A stretch of 64,000 nucleotides of DNA from Octopus sinensis (taxonomy: Eukaryota): positions 48,112,001 through 48,176,000 of the forward strand of contig NC_042999.1 in assembly GCF_006345805.1 (NCBI RefSeq). Reading direction: 5' to 3'. Positions 1 through 11,759 of this stretch are shown one piece after another. The notes under the pieces were generated by a model, which was not told the DNA's origin, made no database searches, and saw nothing but the letters and a program-made list of their open reading frames with translations. Positions within the stretch are counted from its first letter, which is position 1; every line of letters starts with the position of its first letter. The position numbers and the translations under genes were made by a program.

Positions 1-422
1 ATTCTGCGTCAGAGAATAATGTGCTGAAAGAATAAATGCAGTTAACGATGCAAGTGTATTAGTGCAGGATGCCAATTCTCCCTCACATTTTTTTCTCATT
101 ATGGTATCAATAAGATAGTTTTTGCGGATCAGAACTTTAATTAATTCTTAATTAAACACATCAGTCGTTTACTCTAGCCTCTATCATTATTGATTCATTC
201 TCTCACCAAATGAAATTTTATACAATAAAACTTTTTCTTTCTTTTTAACTGAAGTGTTACCTATTTTAAAGTTATGTTAACTTTTCCAACATTCACCAAC
301 GAATCCAACACTACACAGTCTTACGCGCACGCACGGAGGTAGTCATATACATGCACATACACACAGACGGACACACGCACACATGTAGATATACACGTAC
401 AAACATGCAGGCATACAGAGAA

Positions 423-464
<42 letters not shown>

Positions 465-822
465 TAGCTCGTCGAAACTTCGGAGCCACCGCCAGTATCA
501 TCCTTGTTAACGAACACTAAACATGTAATAAATATATTGAGCATTCCATCAAATCATTGCCAAATTCTTTATATTATAGCATAAAATGAACGAACATTTA
601 TATATTATATATATATATATATAATATATATAATATATATATATATATAGATAAGAAAGTTTGTTTGGTAAAGCACGTGGGTGAATATATAAGAAAGTAT
701 AAAGAGTGAAAAAACGACAGAAGGCTTAAATGTTAAAAAATATATATATTTGCGTCAAAATGTCTGGAAAATATCGGAAAAATTTTTTTCCTCCTTAAAA
801 TGACATAATTTTATAATTTTTA

Positions 823-861
823 AAGAAATACCGGTTTCGCAGTTAGCTCTTCAAATTTCTT
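823..861 (-). ncRNA. Minimal type I hammerhead-like motif in PLE 3' end
   Basis: Minus strand AAGAAA-T-TTGAAGA-GC-TAACT-GC-GAAAC-CG-GT-A-TTTCTT: stem I AAGAAA/TTTCTT with one bulged U, core with C3U, 2-bp stem II, palindromic ACCGGT stem III, GUA triplet. Confidence 0.7.
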
Positions 862-990
862 GTGACTCAATGTTTATTTTTAATAGCGTAATCCTTGTAT
901 TTTTGCTACGGAGAGTTCTAAATTAGGGAAAGTAGTGAGTGATTTTTTCCGGTGTAAGGGAGATAATCGCCTAAAAATTTTTTTTTTCCT

Positions 991-2678
991 TTAGTGTGAA
1001 TTTCTCTGTATTATTGAGTTCGGATAGTTGAGTCTGGGTTTGTACTTTTCAATGAAGAATGTTTCCTTATTTAGTCTAATTTGTGATGATGATCCGAAAG
1101 CACATTGGTAAAATGGAAAGATTAAAAATTGTGGTTGTAGTTGCTTTGCGCATTTCTCAATGTGTTCACTAAAAGGTATCATTCTATATTCTGGGAATAC
1201 AATCTGTTGTCGATGCAGTGTGCATCTACGTCTGAGTGATAGTCCCGTGGACCCCACGTAGTCTTGGTGCAGCCCGAGCATTTAATGACATAAATTATGT
1301 TTTCAGAGGCACAAGTAAAGTTAGATTTGATCTTGAATTTCTGTCCCTCTTTAAAGAAGAATTCTGATCCTTCCAATAGGTTAGGACATGTTGCACAGTT
1401 CGATCTACCACATTTTTTTACTTTTGCATCCGTAATTTTTAAGAAGACAATTTTGCCTTTGTGAGAATCTTTTTAAGTGATTTAGGCTGTTTGTAGCTTT
1501 TAATGATTTGGTGTATGTTTAGAATTTCCTTTAATTTGGGGTTTTTATGAAGTATTGGTAAATTCTGGGTGATGATGGTGAAAGCTTCTTTGTTTCTGGG
1601 GTTGTATGTAGATATGTAAGGTAGTATTTTCGGGGAAGGTGTGTTGTTGTGTTGAACTTTTCTTAAAGTTTCTATGTTGATTTCTGTTGCACGTCTGATG
1701 CCATCCTCTATGAGTTGAGTTGGGTAATGTCTGTCAATTAAGGTGTTTTTGAGTTCTTGCAGTCTGAAGTTCCTGGTGTTTTGTTCTGACACTATTGTGC
1801 ATATCCTTCTTGCAAGGTTGAAGGGGATGTTTGTTTTAGTGTGTCTTGGGTGGCATGAACTAAAAAGAAGGTATTGTTTGGCATCTGTGGCTTTGTAGAA
1901 AATGTCTGTTTCTATTATAAGGTTAATTTTTTAATTAGTATATCCAAGAACGGAGTTCCTTTTGGTTGTATTCCATTGTGAACTGTATATTTGGGTTTAT
2001 GCTGTTCAATAAGTTTTTAAATTTTAAGAGTTTATCTGTGTTTTCATTCCAGAGAATAAAACAATCGTCCAAGAATCGTTTCCAGTTCTCTTTTATGTAT
2101 TGAGAGAGGGGGTTTCCAAGATTGATAAGGATTCCTGGTAAATGGTTATTTCCATGTATCCCATTGTTAAGTTCGCAATGACTGGTGCTGCCCTTGTACC
2201 CATAGCAATTCCGGATTTTTGACGGTAAAATGTATTGTCAAACATGAAGTGGTTATTGTGTAGGATGAATTCAATTGATTTAGTAATGAATTCTTTACTG
2301 ATCCTTTTTGGTATTTCTTCCGGAAATTGGTCTAACCAGAACTGAATTGCTTCCAGTCCATAATTATGAGGTATACTGGTATACAAGTTGACTACATCAA
2401 ATGAAACCAGGATTGTTTCTTCCTTGGCTTTTTTCGGGAGGTGGTTTAACATATCTAAGTCATCTCTGATATGGCTATCGATATGTTTAAGGAAGGGTTT
2501 CAGGAGGATGTCCATAAGCAGACTTAGTCTGTGTGTTACACAGGTTGGGCCAGCTACAATGGGTCGTAGTTTTAGGTCCCCCGGGTTGGGTGTGTGTATG
2601 TATGTCTTTGGTGATTTTTTAATGGTTTCATTTATAATTTGACTTTTATGAATTTTTGGCAGACCATAGAAAAGGCTA
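991..2678 (-). pseudogene. PLE RT-GIY-YIG ORF, minus arm (homopolymer frameshifts)
   Basis: ORF pieces 2093-2515, 1439-1792, 1179-1376 and 991-1281 match the plus-arm protein. The breaks I traced are homopolymer-run indels (about 2118, 1930-1950, 1435-1441, 1270). Confidence 0.9.
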
Positions 2679-2690
2679 TGTGGTTACAGA

Positions 2691-4727
2691 TCTTGACGAA
2701 TTCTGTAACCACATTGAGAACTTCCCCTACCATACTATACATAAACAGAAAGCTAACCCAAATTTTAACACTACACAATGGAAAGAACTGATAGAACTTC
2801 AAAATGATGAGGATATAACCATTAAGGAAGCAGACAAGGGAAATGCAGTTGTAATAATGGATACATCATACTACAGAAATCTTGTAATTTCCTTGCTTGA
2901 TGACGACCTACATTATGAAAAAATTACCAACTACACCCAACAAAAAATAATGAAAACTCTATCTTCACTAATTAAAACCCATGAAAAGGAACTAACAACC
3001 AAAGAGATTGATTTCCTAACAAACTTCAAATGCAAACCTAGCCTTTTCTATGGTCTGCCAAAAATTCATAAAAGTCAAATTATAAATGAAACCATTAAAA
3101 AATCACCAAAGACATACATACACACACCCAACCCGGGGGACCTAAAACTACGACCCATTGTAGCTGGCCCAACCTGTGAAACACACAGACTAAGTCTGCT
3201 TATGGACATCCTCCTGAAACCCTTCCTTAAACATATCGATAGCCATATCAGAGATGACTTAGATATGTTAAACCACCTCCCGAAAAAAGCCAAGGAAGAA
3301 ACAATCCTGGTTTCATTTGATGTAGTCAACTTGTATACCAGTATACCTCATAATTATGGACTGGAAGCAATTCAGTTCTGGTTAGACCAATTTCCGGAAG
3401 AAATACCAAAAAGGATCAGTAAAGAATTCATTACTAAATCAATTGAATTCATCCTACACAATAACCACTTCATGTTTGACAATACATTTTACCGTCAAAA
3501 ATCCGGAATTGCTATGGGTACAAGGGCAGCACCAGTCATTGCGAACTTAACAATGGGATACATGGAAATAACCATTTACCAGGAATCCTTATCAATCTTT
3601 GGAAACCCCCTCTCTCAATACATAAAAGATAACTGGAAACGATTCTTGGACGATTGTTTTATTCTCTGGAATGAAAACACAGATAACTCTTAAATTTAAA
3701 AACCTATTGAACAGCATAAACCCAAATATACAGTTCACAATGGAATACAACCAAAAGGAACTCCCGTTCTTGGATATACTAATTAAAAAAATTAACCTTA
3801 AAATAGAAACAGACATTCTCTACAAAGCCACAGATGCCAAACAATACCTTCTTTTTAGTTCATGCCACCCAAGACACACTAAAACAAACATCCTCTTCAA
3901 CCTTGCGAGAAGGATATGCACAATAGTGTCAGAACAAAACACCAGGAACTTCAGACTGCAAGAACTCAAAAACACCTTAATTGACAGACATTACCCAACT
4001 CAACTCATAGAGGATGGGATCAGACGTGCAACAGAAATCAACATAGAAACTTTAAGAAAAGTTCAACACAACAACACACCTTCCCCGAAAATACTACCTT
4101 ACATATCTACATACAACCCCAGAAACAAAGAAGCTTTCACCATCATCACCCAGAATTTACCAATTCTTCATAAAAACCCCAAATTAAAGGAAATTCTAAA
4201 CATACACCAAATCATTAAAAGCTACAAACAGCCTAAATCACTTAAAAAGATTCTCACAAAGGCAAAATTGTCTTCTAAAATTTCGGATGCAAAAGTAAAA
4301 AAAATGTGGTAGATCGAACTGTGCAACATGTCCTAACCTATTGGAAGGATCAGAATTCTTCTTTAAAGAGGGACAGAAATTCAAGATCAAATCTAACTTT
4401 ACTTGTGCCTCTGAAAACATAATTTATGTCATTAAATGCTCGGGCTGCCACCAAGACTACGTGGGGTCCACGGGACTATCACTCAGACGTAGATGCACAC
4501 TGCATCGACAACAGATTGTATTACCAGAATATAGAATGATACTTTTTAGTGAACACATTGAGAAATGCGCAAAGCAACTACAACCACAATTTTTAATCTT
4601 TCCATTTTACCAATGTGCTTTCGGATCATCATCACAAATTAGACTAAATAAGGAAACATTCTTCATTGAAAAGTACAAACCCAGACTCAACTATCCGAAC
4701 TCAATAATACAGAGAAATTCACACTAA
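2691..4727 (+). pseudogene. PLE polyprotein: telomerase-like RT + Cys linker + GIY-YIG endonuclease (frameshifted as assembled)
   Basis: ADKGNAVVIMD, FYGLPKIHK, LRPIVA, SFDVVNLYTSIP, YRQKSGIAMG, RFLDDCF, LPFLDI, HPRHTKTN; GIY-YIG NIIYVIKCSGC-YVGST-LRRR-H. Frameshifts at about 3685-3695 and 4300, all in A runs. Confidence 0.93.
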
Positions 4728-4856
4728 AGGAAAAAAAAAATTTTTAAGCGATTATCTCCCTTACACCGGAAGAAATCACTCACTACTTTCCCTTATTTAG
4801 AACTCTCCGTAGCAAAAATACAAGGATTACGTTATTAAAAATAAACATTAAGTCAC

Positions 4857-4895
4857 AAGAAATTTGAAGAGCTAACTGCGAAACCGGTCTTCCTT
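4857..4895 (+). ncRNA. Minimal type I hammerhead-like motif in PLE 3' end
   Basis: AAGAAA-T-TTGAAGA-GC-TAACT-GC-GAAAC-CG-GT-C-TTCCTT; GUC triplet; one mismatch in stem I. Confidence 0.65.
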
Positions 4896-5025
4896 TAAAA
4901 ATTATAAAATTATGTCATTTTAAGGAGGAAAAAAATTTTTCCAATATTCTCCAGACATTTTGACGCAAATATATATATTTTTTAACATTTAAGCCTTCTG
5001 TCGTTTTTTCACTCTTTACTATTTT

Positions 5026-5069
<44 letters not shown>

Positions 5070-5078
<9 letters not shown>

Positions 5079-5230
5079 ATTGGTGAATTGAAGAAATGGA
5101 GCTGAACGCAGATTGAACAGAAATCGTTTTATTTCATTCTACACGTGTTTCTACACGTGTAGAATGAATAAAACGATTTATGTTCAATCTGCGTTCAGCT
5201 CCATTTCTTCAATTCACCAATAATGTTTTA
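5070..5230. repeat. Near-perfect palindrome, about 79-bp arms, 4-nt spacer
   Basis: 5070-5148 is the reverse complement of 5153-5230 with one substitution and one homopolymer indel. Confidence 0.95.
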
Positions 5231-5376
5231 ATTTCAATTATCCGCACCAACGCACGGTTGCAACACCATATGGTTGTACCTCCAACCGTGCTGTTTACTG
5301 CTGTGATTTTTGCTACTAAGGTATCGGTTAAACTTTTGATTAATCTACTACAAGATTATTCATCTTTCTATTTCAC

Positions 5377-5456
<80 letters not shown>

Positions 5457-6664
5457 TATATATATACGTAACTACGTATGTACGGTGTACGCATTTTTGT
5501 ACACGAGACAAAAAGAAACAGAAATTAAATTTGGAGCACATAAGTTTATTTCTAAATATATATGTAGGATTAATAAATACAATATTTATGTTATATCAAA
5601 ATAAAATAAATGTACGTCTTCAATAAAATTGATTTAATGCTGTGGCAGAACGCATATAATTTGCTTCTCAACATCGTACTCAAACAGCTTGATAAAACTG
5701 TCGGTGGAAAATTCCTGGAGATAGCCGAAGTAACGGTGTGCACCTGATAAGGTAACAAGATTATTTTAAAATACATTCGTGTAGCATGTAATCCACACCA
5801 ACATAGCTAACATGGCAATATTCTAAATGCAGCCGAACTTAATTTATTATTGGTAATTTGCTATCGACTTGCCAGAAATCAGCGCGCGTTATCAAATAAC
5901 CAGTTTACCAAATATTATAAATAATAACGAATCTCGTTGGTTAGATTAAAAAATCCGAGGTGTATTTCACTGAAAGTATATAATGCAATGGAGATGTGTG
6001 TTTCGAACTCCTTCCGCATCAATGAATCAAGTTAGTCGTCAAAACACATCGACTATAAGGAGGCGTTAACTGATAGTGTAATACAAAGCGACATATTCAT
6101 GTTCAAATATCCCTCCGAACTCCTTTCTCTCTCTCTCTCTCTCTCTGAAACACACATTTTATAAACATCCCTACACACATATCTTATATGCATTCATGCA
6201 CACCTACACACACACACAAACACAGATACATGCACACACATGGCTATAATCTGTTAATTGTTTCAGTCATTAGACTGCAGCCAAGCTTCGATACGAAGTT
6301 AGAGATTATTAGTCAAATGAATTAATCTTATGCATTTTTTAAGACGGGCATTTATGTTACGGTGACAGATGAACGCCGGCTGTCAAGAAGTACCAGGGGA
6401 ACACACAGGCTGAACACACAGTGCACACAAAAATATGTATGTATATATACCAAGAGAGTGCATATGGTTGCACCTGTTTCTTCTGCCAGCCAGCACAAAT
6501 ATGTGCTATGTAATAAAATATATAATACGTTGTGTGGGCTTAAAAGTCATGTAACGGTACCACAGGGATCAATATTTATTCATTTCAGTAGTTTTTTCAG
6601 CAATGGCTATTCTCGTGTAAGGAATATATATATATATATATATATAATATATATATATATATAT

Positions 6665-6709
<45 letters not shown>

Positions 6710-6960
6710 AAGGGAAAGTTTACGAAAATAAAAGAAAGACAAAGGCAGGTGGTGTACAAACAAACAGATGTATTAGTATAGCGCTCAGGAATAGAAAAAG
6801 TCTTTTACATTTCGAGCCTACGCTCTTCTACAGAAAGATACACAGAAAAAAACAAGGAGAGAAAAAAAGGAAAGAAAACAGGAGAGAAAAGAGGAGAGAA
6901 AAAAGAAGAAAAAATAAAGGAGAGAAAAAAGGAGAGAGCTATGGTAATATATTGATATAT
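6710..6960 (-). mobile_element. Probable PLE terminal (pLTR) fragment with hammerhead-like motif
   Basis: Island following a TA/CA tract; contains the 6801-6838 motif; similar context to 37672-37880 and 57168-57342. Confidence 0.55.
6801..6838 (-). ncRNA. Hammerhead-like motif (A6U variant)
   Basis: TCTTT-CTGTAGA-A-GAGC-GTAG-GCTC-GAAA-T-GT-A-AAAGA: 5-bp stem I, 4-bp stem II. Confidence 0.6.
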
Positions 6961-7683
6961 ATGTTTTCGGTGGGAATGCTTTTGTTATACGGCGCCGTAT
7001 TTCACAATCATGTAAATTATGATAATGGCATTTTTATATAAGTTTAAAGCTTATGCCGAACACCGTGCAATGACTAAGGAAAGTGGTCTAAAAGCGAGGC
7101 ATATAAGCCCCCACCAGAAAAAAAGGCTTTCCTATCCCCGTGGGACTGGAACCAACATCCCTCTGTTAACGCGTCTGAGTGTGTTAACTTTACACACACA
7201 CACATACCCATACAGACACACACATATATGCACGCGTATCGGTAGAGAAAGAAGTTGCTCTTTCTTGGGGATATATCAAAACATTCACTAATTTTGCACT
7301 AATATCGGTTAACGATACGAGAAATTCTCATATCTATATGTAGTAGTGTTTACCGTTGCTTCTTCTTCGATATTGGTACTTTTTACACATCTCAAATTCC
7401 ACTTGTCGCAACAATGGTTATTTCCATCTGTTTGGATGTGAAAAATAATAGTCAAATATTCCCAGAGGGCGTTTTAACTTTTTCAACTTAATAATGCACT
7501 GTAAAAGTGCAAATATTAAACAATAGTAATCAGCCAGAACGCAGCGTACGCAATATAGATGAACTTATTTGACTAAACTACGGTAATATACTCATAATAT
7601 TCTGTATATATTCTCCATTTTCTTCAAAATTTGAAAACTTTTTCTCATTTATATATATTATATATGTGTGTGTGGGTGTATGT

Positions 7684-7689
7684 GTGTGC

Positions 7690-7779
<90 letters not shown>

Positions 7780-7863
7780 ATGTAGGCATATATATATATA
7801 TGTATGCATATATATATATATAATATATATATATATATGTTGGCATATATATATATATATGTA

Positions 7864-7909
<46 letters not shown>

Positions 7910-7935
7910 TATATATATATATATATATATATATA
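7684..7935. repeat. Interrupted (TA)n microsatellite
   Basis: Direct reading; source of spurious YIYI ORFs. Confidence 0.95.
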
Positions 7936-8472
7936 ACATCTATATATGTGTAGATGACGTCATTGAACGTAAACATGAAATGCATTTTTGCGAACAATAA
8001 AATAGAAAAATGGAAAACGAGACAGGCAAAAATAAATAAAACGACCCTTCATCAGTTCTCGGCTGTTTTATCTACTCCACATTTTGAGCATATACAAGAT
8101 GTGCCTTCGTCAAAACAGTTGCTCTCGCAAAGCAAATTAATTTAAAATTTGGAATATGCGGAGGGTCACAGTTGATAATAGAAACAGGGTAGTGGAAACG
8201 GTAAGGGCTGTTAAGCCAAGACGAGGTGAGGTGGCGAACAGTGAGAAGCAAGCTCTGACAGGAGTCAGAAACGGATGCGTCTCATCCATTGTAGCAACTC
8301 GGAAGAAAAAAAAGAATCTCAAGTTAGTAAAAGAAAGATGGAAGATGGTCACGTGTGAGCAACGAGAGAGTAAAGACGGAAGAGAGAGGGACAGATAGAG
8401 AACGGTCAAGGGGAGATAGAAAGAATTACAGAAAGGAAGAGAGAGGATACGAAATAAAAATAGAATAGAACG

Positions 8473-8518
<46 letters not shown>

Positions 8519-8848
8519 TTTGCACATTCGCATACACACGTGCTTCCATATCAAAGGTACATCCATTTCAAAGGTATTGTGTAAAACAATTGAGAACAAT
8601 TTGGAGTGAAGTTCACCAAAAATGTTTCAGGCGCGTTGTTTATTGATAAACAAATAATATACATCTTCATAAAAGAAATATATATGCTTGTGTGTGTCTG
8701 TGTATGTGTTAACTTGCGGGCATGTAACAAATTATAACAATTATGGATAAAATATTTTATTGAGTGAAAATTGTATTTGTGAACTTATTTTCTAAATAGC
8801 GTGAATCATCTTCTCTTGGATTTGCCACTCCTGTATTACACACACTGT

Positions 8849-8889
<41 letters not shown>

Positions 8890-9030
8890 GCATACATACA
8901 TACGTATAATTATTATCTGTATATATCTGTACACACATACACACGCACACACATATATATAATTTGCATATATATTATACACACAGCCATATATATATAT
9001 ATACATACACACACACACGCACACACACAT

Positions 9031-9064
<34 letters not shown>

Positions 9065-10019
9065 TTATATAGGCATGTATAAGTCTACGTGTATGAAAGA
9101 ATACATGAATATGTATTGGCTTGCATATGTGTTTACTGCAATGAGACAATGAGTTAATGATAAATTAAATAAGTGTTCTCGTATGTTTGAGTAGTTATAT
9201 TCCTTCGAGGCTATGCGTGAACAGATAGCTCATACCCACATATTCTTTTTCCCATTTACAGCGGCTATGTATAGATATATTCGCATGCGTCGGTATGAGT
9301 GCCTTGGAGCATCTAAAACGTGTTAACATGCTCTTTATAGCCGTGTTGATAGATGTTGTTAATAGGAGCGTACTTTTACATATTGAGCTAAATCAAGACG
9401 TATTGAAACGTTTGTAAAATCTGTAATATTGTTGTCACAACAATTCACGGATAAAAGATATAACTTCAAATAGAAGGCGTTTTATAATCGTTGCCATAAC
9501 TTAAATAATTTAATATATTGCTGGAATCTATTGATTCGAACGCAATTAATTAAAACGTGATCAATATTGAATTAAACTATATAAAGATGAGGTTCGCTGG
9601 CGATACATATTTGAAATAATGCCTAGACGTATGTCTGGGAATTGTGCCAAAGTGCTAAAATGCAATAGAACTCGTTTTATTAGATGATGCTATAGCAAAA
9701 TTGATCGAAATTGTTTGTAATTTAAGTGTACATGAAACACTATCTCGAAACGCATCAGAATATATTTCATTTTTGATGTGCATAGTACGCATTTTTCGGG
9801 CGCTTTAAAAGGACGAGATAATTTGCTTTACGTAGACAGTGTAGAATATATTCACTCTCAGAATCTTGAATTGCAACGTAGTGTATTCTGCTTTTAGAAT
9901 CAGTTCCAAATTACACCTAAGAATAAAACAAATGCATAGGTTAAAGCAATGGAATTTAAATTTTGACATCATTTTCTGTATAACAGCTTACTTGAACTTA
10001 AGTTATCTTTAGTAAGTTT

Positions 10020-10415
10020 CTGTGTGATAAGTAGCTTGCTTACGAACCACATGGTTCCAGGTTCAGTCCCACTGCGTGGCACCTTGGGCAAGTATCTTCT
10101 GCTATAGCTTCGGGGCGACCGAAGCCTTGTGAGTGGATTTGGTAGACGGAAGCTGAAAGAAGCCTGTCGTATATATGTATATATGTGTATGTATGTGTAT
10201 ATGTTTGTGTGTTTATGTTTGCCCCCCCCCCACATCGTTTGACAACCGTTGCTGGTGTGTTTACGTCTCCGTAACTTAGCGGTTCGGCAAAAGAGACCCA
10301 TACAATAAGTACTAGGCTTACAAAGTATAAGTCCTGGGGTCGATTTGCTCGACTAAAAAGATGGTGCTCCAGCATGGCCACAGTCAAATGACTGAAACAA
10401 GTAAAAAAATAAAAG
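10020..10415 (+). mobile_element. tRNA-derived SINE, family A
   Basis: B-box-like GGTTCAGTCCC head; co-linear with 13953-14413 and 47201-47615; internal (TATG) tract; GACTGAAACAAGTAAAA tail. Confidence 0.85.
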
Positions 10416-11691
10416 AGAGAGAGAGAGTGAATTTTATGCCGTAGAAATGTTTCTGATCGGGCTTATAACGTTTTACACTCTTTTTAATACAGGCATTGAT
10501 TTAGCAGTGCTCAGTCTGGAAAAAAAAATCAATCGGAGACTATCTGCAAAATTTATGCCACGTCACATCCCCTTAAAGCTTAGTAAAATGCGTTTACTTC
10601 AATTACATAGACATGATTAGGTGTGTAGATCGGTGTCCATGATAAAAAATGCATATCTTTTTACTGAAATATATCACTGATAATGCAAGTTTTACACTAT
10701 CATATATGAAGGTACACTATCATATATGAAGGAGAGGAATATATCAGAAGCATAATATGATTAAGATCTACATTCTGAGACTAACATTTAATGATGCCTG
10801 CATTTCTATTGCAATAACATATTTACGTACGCTGTTATGTTTGAAAAATCTACATGCGGTCTTGTTTCAAGGGCATTAAAAAAATATTGATGATTATTGA
10901 TATGTGACTTTAACCTTAATATACTTCGGCTAAGAAGCGACATAAACTGAGCTCTGTTTAGCTGATCGAATCTCTATTCGGTCATTGGGTTCAATCTTGA
11001 GAACATAATCCAGTTGCATATTGCAAATGCAACAAAATATAGATTGTAAATTTCAAAGGTTGAACACGTTTCAAGCAGTCATAATAAAAAAATAAAAAGA
11101 TACTATTTATTTAAACTGTGGTGTAGATACAAGAAACAGCAGAAATTAATTGCAGGAAAGTAAAATGAGAAATTTTTCTGCAGCCTACGTTACGAGAGTG
11201 CGAAATACACTGAAATTTATATTGTAGAATAATTTTAGTTTAACTTGTCTCAATGCGATATCAAAAGACTAATGAACGCATAAGGAAATATTTTTGCGCG
11301 AAGCGAATGGTGAAATGCTCAATAAAAATGAAGCGATTAAGTTTTAAGCTAACAATGCATGGTAGAGTTCAAGTGAAAATTAGTAGAAAAATATAATTAT
11401 GCTAAATTTTCGTCTATATTCATGAAATTGGATTTTCTTCGGCTGGGAAGATGTTTTAATTTTATAAATTGAATAATTTCATAAAAAGTATAATTTTCTC
11501 GTTAATAAATGTTTAACGATTTACTGCCTGACAGTGATTAAGCTGCAGATGAAACCAGATTGTTTCGGTGTTTCTGAAAGAATATGTTTATAACATTTGT
11601 CAAAGAATATATTTATACGTGTACATACTTGTGTCTGTACATATGTGCGTATATATATGCCTACAAATATATTCATATGTATGTGTACGTA

Positions 11692-11759
<68 letters not shown>

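Larger units (their letters stand above)
650..2678 (-). mobile_element. Penelope-like element (PLE), inverted 5'-truncated arm
   Basis: Reverse complement of 3039-5030 (coordinate sums about 5717-5718 along the arm). Carries about 40 extra nt at its 3' end (650-690) and ends in a (TA)n tract at about 600-650. Confidence 0.95.
2679..5030 (+). mobile_element. Penelope-like element, Neptune-like, 5'-truncated
   Basis: RT-GIY-YIG ORF followed by about 300 nt of 3' region containing a hammerhead motif, ending in (TA)n. The C-x4-C-x2-C linker (KCGRSNCATC after frame repair) is the motif described for Neptune-group PLEs. Confidence 0.95.

Noticed and set aside
2656-2690. Apparent N-terminus MADHRKGYVVT of the 345-aa ORF
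   Set aside because: TTG start inside the inverted arm and fold-back junction; chimeric, with an in-frame stop at 2635 and no ATG.
5610-5750. Short ORF MYVFNKIDLMLWQNAYNLLLNIVLKQLDKTVGGKFLEIAE with an NKxD-like motif
   Set aside because: 45 aa, no other GTPase motifs and a weak acceptor; cannot be supported.
10693-10732. 20-bp tandem duplication (similar short ones at about 27375-27415 and 35550-35620)
   Set aside because: Two-copy local slippage products; no spacer-repeat array, so not CRISPR-like.
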